Source: a virus
IMG/VR virus record: IMGVR_UViG_3300010371_000029
Coordinates: 32,001-96,000 of that record
Strand: one strand, 5' to 3'
DNA: 64,000 bases
Shown here: piece after piece, positions 39,609 through 47,788 of the stretch
How positions within the stretch are numbered: the stretch's first letter is position 1
How the letters are laid out: every line of letters starts with the position of its first letter
Translations under genes and position numbers: made by a program
Notes under the pieces: generated by a model
Seen by the model: the letters and a program-made list of their open reading frames with translations, nothing else
Database searches by the model: none
What the model was told of the DNA's origin: nothing

Positions 39609-39651
39609 CTCCTATAGTATAAATCATATTTTGTACTATAAGAGTATACAC
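39609..39651 (-). promoter_or_regulatory. RBS-sequestering hairpin with GTGTATA motif upstream of the homing endonuclease
   Basis: Minus strand: GTGTATA CTCTTATAGTA ... TACTATAGGAG aaaaca ATG; 11-bp stem (one G:U) covers the GGAG. Confidence 0.7.
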
Positions 39652-39661
39652 TTTAAGTAAA

Positions 39662-40294
39662 CTAACTATTAAAATTTATTTTTGGTTGTATTTTACGAGC
39701 GATTGTTAGGAATTTAATTAAAATCTGAGCCGTTATTTTTACATCTACCAACGCATCATGCAAATTACCTATTGATTCTATTTTCATATAATCCTTTAAT
39801 GTGCCAAGTTTTAGATTCGGTACTGCTTTAGAATTTTCAAAGAAATAATTAGCCAAAAACAAAGTGTCATAAGGTATGAAGTAGAATAAAGCGGCCTCTC
39901 CCCTTTCCTTGTTCCAAGGCCCATATTTCTGACACATTTTGTTTATAAATTTACTGTCAAAGTTTACAATATTGTGCCCCGCTGGAATTGGACGGGTCCA
40001 GGCTTGCCCCGGCTTGTAATTAAAACGTTCTACGTATAGGGCGAAGTCTGCCCAAACTGTTTGAGGTAATGGTGCTGTTGAAAGCTTCTCTAATGAATGC
40101 CCGTTTATCTCTAAGGCTTTAGGGTCGGCGGTCTCAGGCGTTAAAGGACGAATTAAAGAATTGAATTCAGAGTTAGGAATAATTGTAAGATTCTTAGAAT
40201 TGATTGCTACTGCGGCGATTTGAACTATTTCGTGTTTTTCATGGTCCAGACCGCTTGTTTCCACATCGTAGCACACGATTGTATTGTAATTCAT
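39662..40294 (-). CDS. DEDDh 3'-5' exonuclease (DnaQ/epsilon-like)
   Basis: 'YDVETSG', 'GHNIVNFD', 'YDT', 'HDALVD'. Confidence 0.92.
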   Translation of the reverse strand: MNYNTIVCYDVETSGLDHEKHEIVQIAAVAINSKNLTIIPNSEFNSLIRPLTPETADPKALEINGHSLEKLSTAPLPQTVWADFALYVERFNYKPGQAWTRPIPAGHNIVNFDSKFINKMCQKYGPWNKERGEAALFYFIPYDTLFLANYFFENSKAVPNLKLGTLKDYMKIESIGNLHDALVDVKITAQILIKFLTIARKIQPKINFNS

Positions 40295-40542
40295 TTTTCC
40301 TCAGGAAATATGTCGATTGGCCCGTTGTATTCATGACATTTATTCTCCCAATGTATTATTGTGTCTTCAATTGTAGCTTGAAAAGAGTTATTAAAATAAT
40401 TTTTTGAACCTATTAAAATTACATCATATTTTACTAATTTTTTCTCCTTATCTATAGAAAGAACACGAAATATATAGAAACTATCTTGGAAATATTTAGG
40501 AAAAGGCCATTTAGACCGTGTGATTTTTAGAAGTCGCTGCAT
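40291..40542 (-). CDS. small protein, LL[KR][IL]TR-tag family
   Basis: Starts MQRLLKITR. Confidence 0.75.
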   Translation of the reverse strand: MQRLLKITRSKWPFPKYFQDSFYIFRVLSIDKEKKLVKYDVILIGSKNYFNNSFQATIEDTIIHWENKCHEYNGPIDIFPEEK

Positions 40543-40833
40543 TTAGAATCTTTCAATTCTAGTATAATTCTTCTGTGCTTCTTTATAACTACTCCCAAAA
40601 ACATCTAAAGGACCGGTATATTCGTTATATTCCTTTCCCCATCTTGCCTCAAATATGTCTATCCTGTCTCTAAAGCCCGAACAGTAATAACCTTTAGCTC
40701 TCCAAGGAGTTCTTTTATACATACCGTCGTAATAAATCATTCCGTCTTTACGGAACAATATTCTAAAGATGAAGTCGCTAGACTCAAAATATGTGGGCAA
40801 CTTAAAACGGGTTATTCGTAGTAGTTGATTCAT
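40543..40833 (-). CDS. small protein, LL[KR][IL]TR-tag family
   Basis: Starts MNQLLRITR. Confidence 0.75.
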   Translation of the reverse strand: MNQLLRITRFKLPTYFESSDFIFRILFRKDGMIYYDGMYKRTPWRAKGYYCSGFRDRIDIFEARWGKEYNEYTGPLDVFGSSYKEAQKNYTRIERF

Positions 40834-41080
40834 CGGGAAAATTTGGTATTTCGTTTGGTGGGCAGTCTTTTATTCCGTAATAACTATTATCATTATATAA
40901 GTTTAAAAAGGTAGATAATCTATCTTCCCAATTTGTAGGACAAGGTTTATTTTCTTTTATATAAAATACATTATAATAAACAACTCCGTCTATTATATCA
41001 TTAATACGATAATAGCATTGGCTACATTTCAAATATTTAGGGAGAATTTGAGTTCTCGTTAATTTAAGTAATGCCTGCAT
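40802..41080 (-). CDS. small protein, LL[KR][IL]TR-tag family
   Basis: Starts MQALLKLTR. Confidence 0.75.
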   Translation of the reverse strand: MQALLKLTRTQILPKYLKCSQCYYRINDIIDGVVYYNVFYIKENKPCPTNWEDRLSTFLNLYNDNSYYGIKDCPPNEIPNFPDESTTTNNPF

Positions 41081-42833
41081 TGACCATCTCGCTCGCCATT
41101 TGAATTTTATCTAAAATAGCAACTCCAAGCACATCAAATTTTACTAAACCCGCCGCCTCGCCGGAGGATAAATCATATCCGCAAATCATTTCGCCCGTTC
41201 GTTCATCCAAAATCATAGGGGCGACTGTATCAAGAGGTTCCGAAGATATGACCAAACCACACGCATGTCGGCTTTTATTAACGAGGGTTCCTTCAAGGGC
41301 TATAGCTTGTTTGAAGTAATCGGCGTATTCCCCGACTATATCATTTCCTTCTAATTGGGCCAATCCCTCAAAATCCTCTGGTTTATGTTCTAAGCACCAC
41401 CGTATAATGGAGGAATCCCCGGTTTCTTCCTCCATTTCTTGCAAGTCGCCCATTATACGTTGTTCGTCTGGGATGCCACGGGTTAAATTATTAATCTCCT
41501 CGAATGATAAGGCACCATAAGCGCGAATTACCGCTTTTAGGGCGGACCTTCCTTGTAATCGTCCGAACGTTACTATTTGTGATACTTTATCCCTACCATA
41601 TTTAGTGCGAATATATTCAATAACGCTGTCGCGTCCAGATACCGGAAAATCAGTATCTATATCGGGGAGTGCAACTCTATCTTTCGTGTTACGCCCCGCG
41701 TTATAGAACCTCTCAAAATATAGACCGTACTCGATAGGGTCGCAACTAGTAATACCTATTAAATAAGCAGTGAGACACCCACTAACACTACCTCTACCCA
41801 CCCCAGGAAGTTGCCCCTGAGATTCGGCATATCGTATGTAATCTTCCACAATTAAGAAATAATCTGCCAGCCCAGCATTCTCAAAAACTTCAAGTTCGTG
41901 CTTAATTCTTTCTACATATTCTCCCTCTTTTTCTACAGATATTATCCCTTTTATTTTATTTCTCCAACCCGCCCGGCATAATTCCCTAAGTTGTTCATTA
42001 GGTTCGGCCACCGGAAATTTGGGCAACAACGTTTTACTAAGAATGGAAAAGGTTTCACAGCGGTCAGCTATTTGGGCCGCGCCGGCTATTTCTTGTTCTG
42101 ATAGAACTTTCCTTACCTCATCTTCTCCCCGGAAATGATTGGTTCCTTTAGGAACCTTATCTATCGTCACACCTAAATCATTAGCAAGTATTACTCGATG
42201 GTTTATATCATCTTCTGGTTCGCAGTATAGACAATTAAACAGTCCCACGGTTTGTAATTTAAGTTCAGAGGCGGTTTCCCGCATTATATCAGCGGTAAGC
42301 TCACAATCGCCGTCTACCCCCAGATAGAACCTGTCCCCAAAAATATCCCGAAATAGATTACTTTCTTTAATTAAATCTTCTTTAAAATCCGATTTTAAAG
42401 CTTGTTTAAGACTCCAGGGGTCCGAACCGTAATACGGTCCATCGAATAGGATAGCTCCTATGGAACTATCTCGGTATCCATTTATACAAATCAACCCTTT
42501 GGAATAGTTAGAAAGAATTTCATGTGTAGCTTGCGGCTCTTTCTTAAAATTCTCAGGTTTATTACTTTGGGATACAATTTTTAATAAATTTTTGAACCCG
42601 GCAAGTGTACTCGCCAATAATAGTACGGTGGGACCTCCCATTAGGGCTTGTTCCAACCCAAAGATTGGCTTAACCCCCTTTTTCTGCGCCGACTGATAGA
42701 ATTCTACCGCCCCTGATAGTGAGTTTAAATCGGTTAGAGCGACAGTTTCGCCCTTTTCAATTAGGGCATCTGGTGGACTTAGACCATAATTCAAACTGTA
42801 GAAAGAATGGTTACGTAGGTTTATAAACTTCAT
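41064..42833 (-). CDS. dnaE: DNA polymerase III alpha-like, N-terminal half (PHP plus palm)
   Basis: 'LRNHSFYSL', 'ALTD', 'GRGSVSG', 'FERFYN', 'PDIDTDF', 'RHACG', 'GLVKFDVLG'; ATG at 42833. Confidence 0.92.
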   Translation of the reverse strand: MKFINLRNHSFYSLNYGLSPPDALIEKGETVALTDLNSLSGAVEFYQSAQKKGVKPIFGLEQALMGGPTVLLLASTLAGFKNLLKIVSQSNKPENFKKEPQATHEILSNYSKGLICINGYRDSSIGAILFDGPYYGSDPWSLKQALKSDFKEDLIKESNLFRDIFGDRFYLGVDGDCELTADIMRETASELKLQTVGLFNCLYCEPEDDINHRVILANDLGVTIDKVPKGTNHFRGEDEVRKVLSEQEIAGAAQIADRCETFSILSKTLLPKFPVAEPNEQLRELCRAGWRNKIKGIISVEKEGEYVERIKHELEVFENAGLADYFLIVEDYIRYAESQGQLPGVGRGSVSGCLTAYLIGITSCDPIEYGLYFERFYNAGRNTKDRVALPDIDTDFPVSGRDSVIEYIRTKYGRDKVSQIVTFGRLQGRSALKAVIRAYGALSFEEINNLTRGIPDEQRIMGDLQEMEEETGDSSIIRWCLEHKPEDFEGLAQLEGNDIVGEYADYFKQAIALEGTLVNKSRHACGLVISSEPLDTVAPMILDERTGEMICGYDLSSGEAAGLVKFDVLGVAILDKIQMASEMVNAGIT

Positions 42834-42916
42834 TTTTGTCCACTTATCATCCAGCACCAAGCCACAGTCGCGCAAATAACGGCTACAGCAGCAAACACAC
42901 ATTCAGGTGTATTCAT
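42830..42916 (-). CDS. 28-aa hydrophobic micro-protein
   Basis: MNTPECVFAAVAVICATVAWCWMISGQK; ATGA overlaps at both ends. Confidence 0.45.
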   Translation of the reverse strand: MNTPECVFAAVAVICATVAWCWMISGQK

Positions 42917-43110
42917 AGATTCTCTATATCCACGATAAGTTGTTTGAACATATTTTTAATATTAGTGAACATATCCGGTATTATATTTTCTATCCCCTGA
43001 ATCTTTTGTTTAATTTTATTCTTAATTTGTAGAATTTTCTTTTTTGCTAGATAGATAGCGCCTCCTCCACCAATTACTATTCCTAGAAAAAAAGCGAGTA
43101 TCGCTAACAT
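42913..43110 (-). CDS. small membrane-anchored protein
   Basis: N-terminal hydrophobic helix followed by a basic stretch. Confidence 0.6.
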   Translation of the reverse strand: MLAILAFFLGIVIGGGGAIYLAKKKILQIKNKIKQKIQGIENIIPDMFTNIKNMFKQLIVDIENL

Positions 43111-43586
43111 GCTTTCGCCACCTTTTTGTTAATTACTATAAATCTATCATCAAAGACTTGGTTTAATTCTGGTCCTATATCTTTCCAGTCTAATCCTCCT
43201 AAACCACAACCAAGTCTAGGTAACAAAATTCTGGTCCACTGAAGAACATTGGCCACTCCCACTAATTGACGGGCCATATCTAATATTAAACCGGGCGAAC
43301 TAGGCTTGCGCCAATCGTACTTAGTGGGGAAACCAACGACATAGGGGGAATGCTCTCCTAGTAAATCGGTAAATTTATTAACTAAAATAGTGGGGACTTT
43401 GAGTTTTTGAATAGCCGCGCCCCACACTAGGTCAATATCTTTAATAGCCGTTTTAAAATCTAGGGCTAATCCGGCCCCCATTACTAATCTACCGTCAGAT
43501 TTAACTATTAAATTAATGGGACAGACCAGTGCATTGTTTCTAGAATCCGCCCCTTCAATCCAAATATTACCTTCTTGCTCTAACAT
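43104..43586 (-). CDS. macrodomain protein (DarG/Poa1p-like ADP-ribose hydrolase)
   Basis: 'N......G..VMGAGLA..F', 'FPTKYDWR', 'LPRLGCGLGGLDW'. Confidence 0.85.
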   Translation of the reverse strand: MLEQEGNIWIEGADSRNNALVCPINLIVKSDGRLVMGAGLALDFKTAIKDIDLVWGAAIQKLKVPTILVNKFTDLLGEHSPYVVGFPTKYDWRKPSSPGLILDMARQLVGVANVLQWTRILLPRLGCGLGGLDWKDIGPELNQVFDDRFIVINKKVAKAC

Positions 43587-43603
43587 AATTTTCCTATTTA
43601 GTT

Positions 43604-44149
43604 TTATCTAAACTGCTGTGTCCAAAAACCACTATAGCCACCAACACCAATTCGAGTAAAGTTAGGGTTTAATAGATTAGCCCTATGTCCCGGCGAATTA
43701 TACCACGTCCTCGTGACGTTTTCCGGGTTTGGCTGTCCTTGTGCAATATTTTCTCCAGCCCATCCTCCCGTTCCCCCATGCCTAAAACCGTAAACGTGTC
43801 TCATATTATAACAGTGGCGATTAGCGGTAATCTGTAGGGCTCGGTCTGGAATAAGTGGTCGTAACCCATGCAACGCGCGGTAAAAATTGGCCCATCGAAC
43901 CATTTGAACTTCTTCGTGAGTATAAAAGGACCAACATACTATAGGATTCTTTATTACTCCGCCTTCTTGGTAGTCCCCACTTACATTAACTTGTTCGCCC
44001 CAAAGCTCTTCTAGACTCTTTTGTGGTATATCGAGTTTATACGAACCAACATTATCAACTTTAAGTCGCGGGCCGTCAGTGTCTTTATAAAGTGTTCCAC
44101 TCTGAGAAAACGGTACGGTTAAAGCGATAATTAAAAGCAATACTTGCAT
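43604..44149 (-). CDS. CAP (SCP) domain protein with signal peptide
   Basis: 'N.YR..HGL', 'GENIAQG', 'WYNSPGHRANLL...IGVG...WTQ.F'. Confidence 0.92.
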   Translation of the reverse strand: MQVLLLIIALTVPFSQSGTLYKDTDGPRLKVDNVGSYKLDIPQKSLEELWGEQVNVSGDYQEGGVIKNPIVCWSFYTHEEVQMVRWANFYRALHGLRPLIPDRALQITANRHCYNMRHVYGFRHGGTGGWAGENIAQGQPNPENVTRTWYNSPGHRANLLNPNFTRIGVGGYSGFWTQQFR

Positions 44150-44159
44150 TATTTACTCC

Positions 44160-44423
44160 TTACTTAGATACAGTTTCCTTAACTTCTTCAGCTTTGCTCT
44201 TGTATAGATATTCCGGTATGTCCAGTTCTACAAACTCGGAAAAATCGTCGTGGTCGTAATATTGAGCCGCGCCCAATACTTGAATGTTCTTAAATTTAGT
44301 TCCGTCAAACCAAGCAATATGGGGCGTTCCATCGGCAGGCCCAAGTCCCTTTCCTTCCTTAACATAGACGTAATAGGGGCCTTCGCGAAGAGTCAAACCG
44401 TTTCCAAGGTCAACAGTATTCAT
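44160..44423 (-). CDS. hypothetical protein
   Basis: ATG at 44423 overlaps the upstream stop. Confidence 0.55.
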   Translation of the reverse strand: MNTVDLGNGLTLREGPYYVYVKEGKGLGPADGTPHIAWFDGTKFKNIQVLGAAQYYDHDDFSEFVELDIPEYLYKSKAEEVKETVSK

Positions 44424-44629
44424 ATCCAATAATCTCCACATTCTAAACCTTTAGTAATAACATAAATTGAGTAATCAGTAGTATAAACTGTCCCACTCCA
44501 TTTTGATAATAATCTACATTTAACATAACCTCCTTTAAATTCAATAATCGTAATATAATAATATTGAGATTCAAAATTAAGAGGAATTTCATTCTCGGAT
44601 GGTCTAGTTATCCTTAATAATTCTAACAT
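44420..44629 (-). CDS. small protein, LL[KR][IL]TR-tag family
   Basis: Starts MLELLRITRP. Confidence 0.75.
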   Translation of the reverse strand: MLELLRITRPSENEIPLNFESQYYYITIIEFKGGYVKCRLLSKWSGTVYTTDYSIYVITKGLECGDYWI

Positions 44630-44632
44630 GTT

Positions 44633-45436
44633 CTAGAACTCATAGTTTGCCCATACAGCTTCTAATCGCCTTTGTTTAGTAGAACCGGTAGCTGAATTAT
44701 TCGGCAACTCGAATACTCGTTGAGGCTTACCGTATAGAGCCTCGTAAAGTTCGCTCTGATAACCACTTAGGAGAAATCTCCCTCTAATTTTTCCTAAAAC
44801 GTCCGCAAGGACTTCATGCTCCTCTTTAGTCATTTCATGTCTATAGACCTTACGGGCACCCTTGGCCCTAGTTTCTGGGAGGTAGGGCGGGTCAATATAA
44901 TAAAAAACGTTTTCGGCGTCGTATTTTTGAATAATATCGGTCGCTAAATCGTGTTCGATTTGAATGGTTCTGAACCGTTCTATTACTTTGGGGAGGTTCT
45001 CATCAATACTGGAAAGCCAGCCAGAAACAACGTCGGCCATGCCCGCGCGAGAGCGTTGAAGAGAATAGGACCAGGATTCGCCCATTCCTGAGATTGATTG
45101 TCTAAATTCAACATATGTGCTTACAGCACGTTCAATAGTATTAGATTTTTCAGATTCCTTAGCATCTTCAAAAATTTTTTCCGAATAGAGTGTTAAACTG
45201 AGTTGACGGGTAAATTCCTGAGGTTCACATTTAAGAACTGTGAATAACTCAAACAATCGTTCGTCAATATCATTATAAACTTCGAGTCTAGACGGCTCTT
45301 TGTTTAACAGGACAGAACCCGCCCCACCATAGGGCTCCACGTAAATTTCTGTGGCCCCAATTAGGGGTAGAAGGTGTTTGACCATGTAGTATTTTCCGCC
45401 AAACAGCTTGAATGGCGGCCGTATCCTTGTGCTCAT
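44633..45436 (-). CDS. DNA adenine methyltransferase (Dam/D12 class)
   Basis: 'GGKY', 'YVEPYGGAGSV', 'VYND', 'YIDPPY'. Confidence 0.92.
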   Translation of the reverse strand: MSTRIRPPFKLFGGKYYMVKHLLPLIGATEIYVEPYGGAGSVLLNKEPSRLEVYNDIDERLFELFTVLKCEPQEFTRQLSLTLYSEKIFEDAKESEKSNTIERAVSTYVEFRQSISGMGESWSYSLQRSRAGMADVVSGWLSSIDENLPKVIERFRTIQIEHDLATDIIQKYDAENVFYYIDPPYLPETRAKGARKVYRHEMTKEEHEVLADVLGKIRGRFLLSGYQSELYEALYGKPQRVFELPNNSATGSTKQRRLEAVWANYEF

Positions 45437-45442
45437 ACATAC

Positions 45443-45471
45443 ATAATAGAGCTAGATGGGGACTTTATCAA
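45443..45471 (-). promoter_or_regulatory. sigma-70-type promoter, probably giving a leaderless methyltransferase mRNA
   Basis: TTGATA-17 bp-TATTAT, then 6 nt, then the ATG at 45436; no SD sequence. Confidence 0.7.
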
Positions 45472-45498
45472 GTTGCTTTCAGCAACCTAGAAAGATTT

Positions 45499-46413
45499 TT
45501 AAATCGCGTCTTCGTTACGGGACCGAAAGTATTCCCGAAGCTCGTCTCGAAGCTTAATCTTATTAAGAGTAAGTTGATATAAACCTTGACTATCTTTCTT
45601 TATATCCGTATGTGGATTGAATTGGTTATCCACCAAAATTTGCCAGCGAGTTCTATAGCCCCTCGCAGCTTTTGGGCCATGCCACCGATGTAGAAGAGAG
45701 CCCGGCACATATCCTATATTTTTCTTTAACTCTAAAGCATGTTCCTGCCAAACGTGGAGCGTCTTTTTATACTCTAGAGTACATCCTTTATGATAAGAGG
45801 ATTCCACTTGGCCAATTAAAGCCCGGCTTATATGATGGTCCCCCGCCCCAAGAATTGCCCAATCAATCAGGCCGCCCATAGTTTCCCAGGCCCTTCTAGT
45901 ACAGGCCCAGGCATACCCAGGATGCCAAAAATGACCCCCATAGTAACCAGACGGCATTTCCTTTCTACCATTAACATAACTTGCGGCGAATCCTTGGGCT
46001 TTGCCAATAATCTTGCTATCGCGCGGAGGAGCTAGGTCATAAGCGTCCTCGAACATTTGGACCACATCATAATGTTGTAACTGGTGAAGGGTTTCTTTAA
46101 CCCAATCGTGTCGGGTAAATGAAACGTCAGCATCAATCCAGGCCACATATTTCCAATCGCTCGGGAGTCTAGCGACTCCTAGATTTATCATGTTTTCCTT
46201 GTGCCATAATTCCGTAGAACTAAATAACTGTAAATGCTTAGGATTAGTTCTAACTGTTACTTCATGTGGGCGGTCTCCAAAGGCCATTTCAACTGTATAA
46301 AGGTCCCCACCCGAATTAAGTACATACGGCTCAAATTCCCGATAAAGTTCATATCGAGAACGATAGCGGTTAGTATTAGATATAGCGGTTACTACGTGTA
46401 GAGTTTCATTCAT
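45499..46413 (-). CDS. glycosyltransferase-like protein (GT-A, DxD)
   Basis: 'WHKENMINLG...YVAWIDADV...G.AWA...G.GD...H.WHG'. Confidence 0.65.
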   Translation of the reverse strand: MNETLHVVTAISNTNRYRSRYELYREFEPYVLNSGGDLYTVEMAFGDRPHEVTVRTNPKHLQLFSSTELWHKENMINLGVARLPSDWKYVAWIDADVSFTRHDWVKETLHQLQHYDVVQMFEDAYDLAPPRDSKIIGKAQGFAASYVNGRKEMPSGYYGGHFWHPGYAWACTRRAWETMGGLIDWAILGAGDHHISRALIGQVESSYHKGCTLEYKKTLHVWQEHALELKKNIGYVPGSLLHRWHGPKAARGYRTRWQILVDNQFNPHTDIKKDSQGLYQLTLNKIKLRDELREYFRSRNEDAI

Positions 46414-46798
46414 TAGCGGGCTCGAATTTCTCTTTTAATTCTTTAAATAATTTACGTTCAGCTTTCTTTCTTTTTTCTTCAGCCTTTTCTTGCTTTTTCT
46501 TTTCAGCTTCCGCCCGCTTTTGAATTCTCTCTTGTTTTTTAATTTCTTCTTGTTTCGCTAATTCTATAGCTTCTTTAATACCAACTTTAATTGTTTTTCT
46601 TGACTCGATAGCTAAAACTAATTTTGTATCATACCTATGATTATTTTGTTCTTCAACCCATTTCTTTAAAATATCCAACTCTTCTTTGGTTACTTCTTCA
46701 AATAATGATATTGTATCTTCAGGATAAAAATATTTTATATCCGAATAATCATCACTACCTGTATCCTGTCCATATATTTCTATAAGTTTAGCTCTCAT
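46406..46798 (-). CDS. hypothetical protein with charged coiled-coil C-terminus
   Basis: K/E-rich tail. Confidence 0.55.
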   Translation of the reverse strand: MRAKLIEIYGQDTGSDDYSDIKYFYPEDTISLFEEVTKEELDILKKWVEEQNNHRYDTKLVLAIESRKTIKVGIKEAIELAKQEEIKKQERIQKRAEAEKKKQEKAEEKRKKAERKLFKELKEKFEPANE

Positions 46799-46799
46799 A

Positions 46800-47279
46800 T
46801 CATTCCTTATTACTTAATACACTAGGAAATATATCTTTTATGTTAGTTTCCGCGAAAAATGGAAATTCGCCCGGATAATCTTCCCAGATTCGTAGAATTT
46901 GTTCAATTAAATGTTTTTTAACCCCATGAAGGTTTAATTCAGCTAATTTATCAGGGTTGCGGGACCATAAGCTGTTAGCTTTTAAAACCAAATAAGGAAG
47001 ATTTAATTCTTTAGCAATTTCGACGTATTCATTAACATGGGCCACTGTTTCAAACACGTCGGGAACTATAACTCGTTTGCCTAAAAGGAGATAGTTCTTT
47101 ACTAAGGCTTTTGCCCAATGGTGGGATTCCTTATCAAGACCACCGAAATATTTATATGTACCTCCTATTGACCAAAAGTCATCAATTTCTACTATAACAT
47201 CGGCATAACCGGCAGCTATCATTCCACGAGCAATTGTGGACTTCCCGGCTCCTGGGGGAGACCTTATGATTATAAGCAT
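46800..47279 (-). CDS. P-loop kinase (AAA_33/polynucleotide kinase-like)
   Basis: 'IIRSPPGAGKST', 'DDFW', 'N.HGV'. Confidence 0.85.
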   Translation of the reverse strand: MLIIIRSPPGAGKSTIARGMIAAGYADVIVEIDDFWSIGGTYKYFGGLDKESHHWAKALVKNYLLLGKRVIVPDVFETVAHVNEYVEIAKELNLPYLVLKANSLWSRNPDKLAELNLHGVKKHLIEQILRIWEDYPGEFPFFAETNIKDIFPSVLSNKE

Positions 47280-47788
47280 ACTATAACTTTACCTAATCTA
47301 CTAAAATTATCTCTAAATCTATCTGGCCTATTTCCCCAATATATAAATGCACAAGCCATAGGAGCACCTTTTTTAACTATTTCTCCGTTATAATAAAATT
47401 TAATCCTAGGTGTTCTAATAAAACATATAGCCGCCGCCGAATAAAATATTATTTCCCAATGTTTTGTATTAGTGGCAACTGGTATAAGTGCTATAACTTC
47501 TGAACCTGTATTATTAGCCTCTAAACATTTATTAATCCAATCCTTAATAGTGGTTTTATCTAAATTCCGCCCATATGGGGGGTTAACGAATATGGTCCGC
47601 GCAAAAGACCAATCTTTATTTAAACCATTATTTTCTTTATTAAAATGAAAGGTTGCTGGGACCGTTGAATAGTCGTTTGAGCAAGGGTCCAAGTCTATAT
47701 AACCAAATACATTTAGGATTAATTTTATATATTCTGGAGGAGTATTCCAATCCTTATTTTTAGAGACTGATTCTCTATTAATTGTCAT
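47270..47788 (-). CDS. phage N6-adenine DNA methyltransferase
   Basis: 'WNTP', 'DLDPC', 'FVNPPYG'. Confidence 0.9.
   Translation of the reverse strand: MTINRESVSKNKDWNTPPEYIKLILNVFGYIDLDPCSNDYSTVPATFHFNKENNGLNKDWSFARTIFVNPPYGRNLDKTTIKDWINKCLEANNTGSEVIALIPVATNTKHWEIIFYSAAAICFIRTPRIKFYYNGEIVKKGAPMACAFIYWGNRPDRFRDNFSRLGKVIVCL

Noticed and set aside
38590-41120. Split intein or intron joining the dnaE halves
   Set aside because: No intein N-terminal or His-Asn C-terminal motifs at the break; the intervening DNA is filled with ordinary ORFs.
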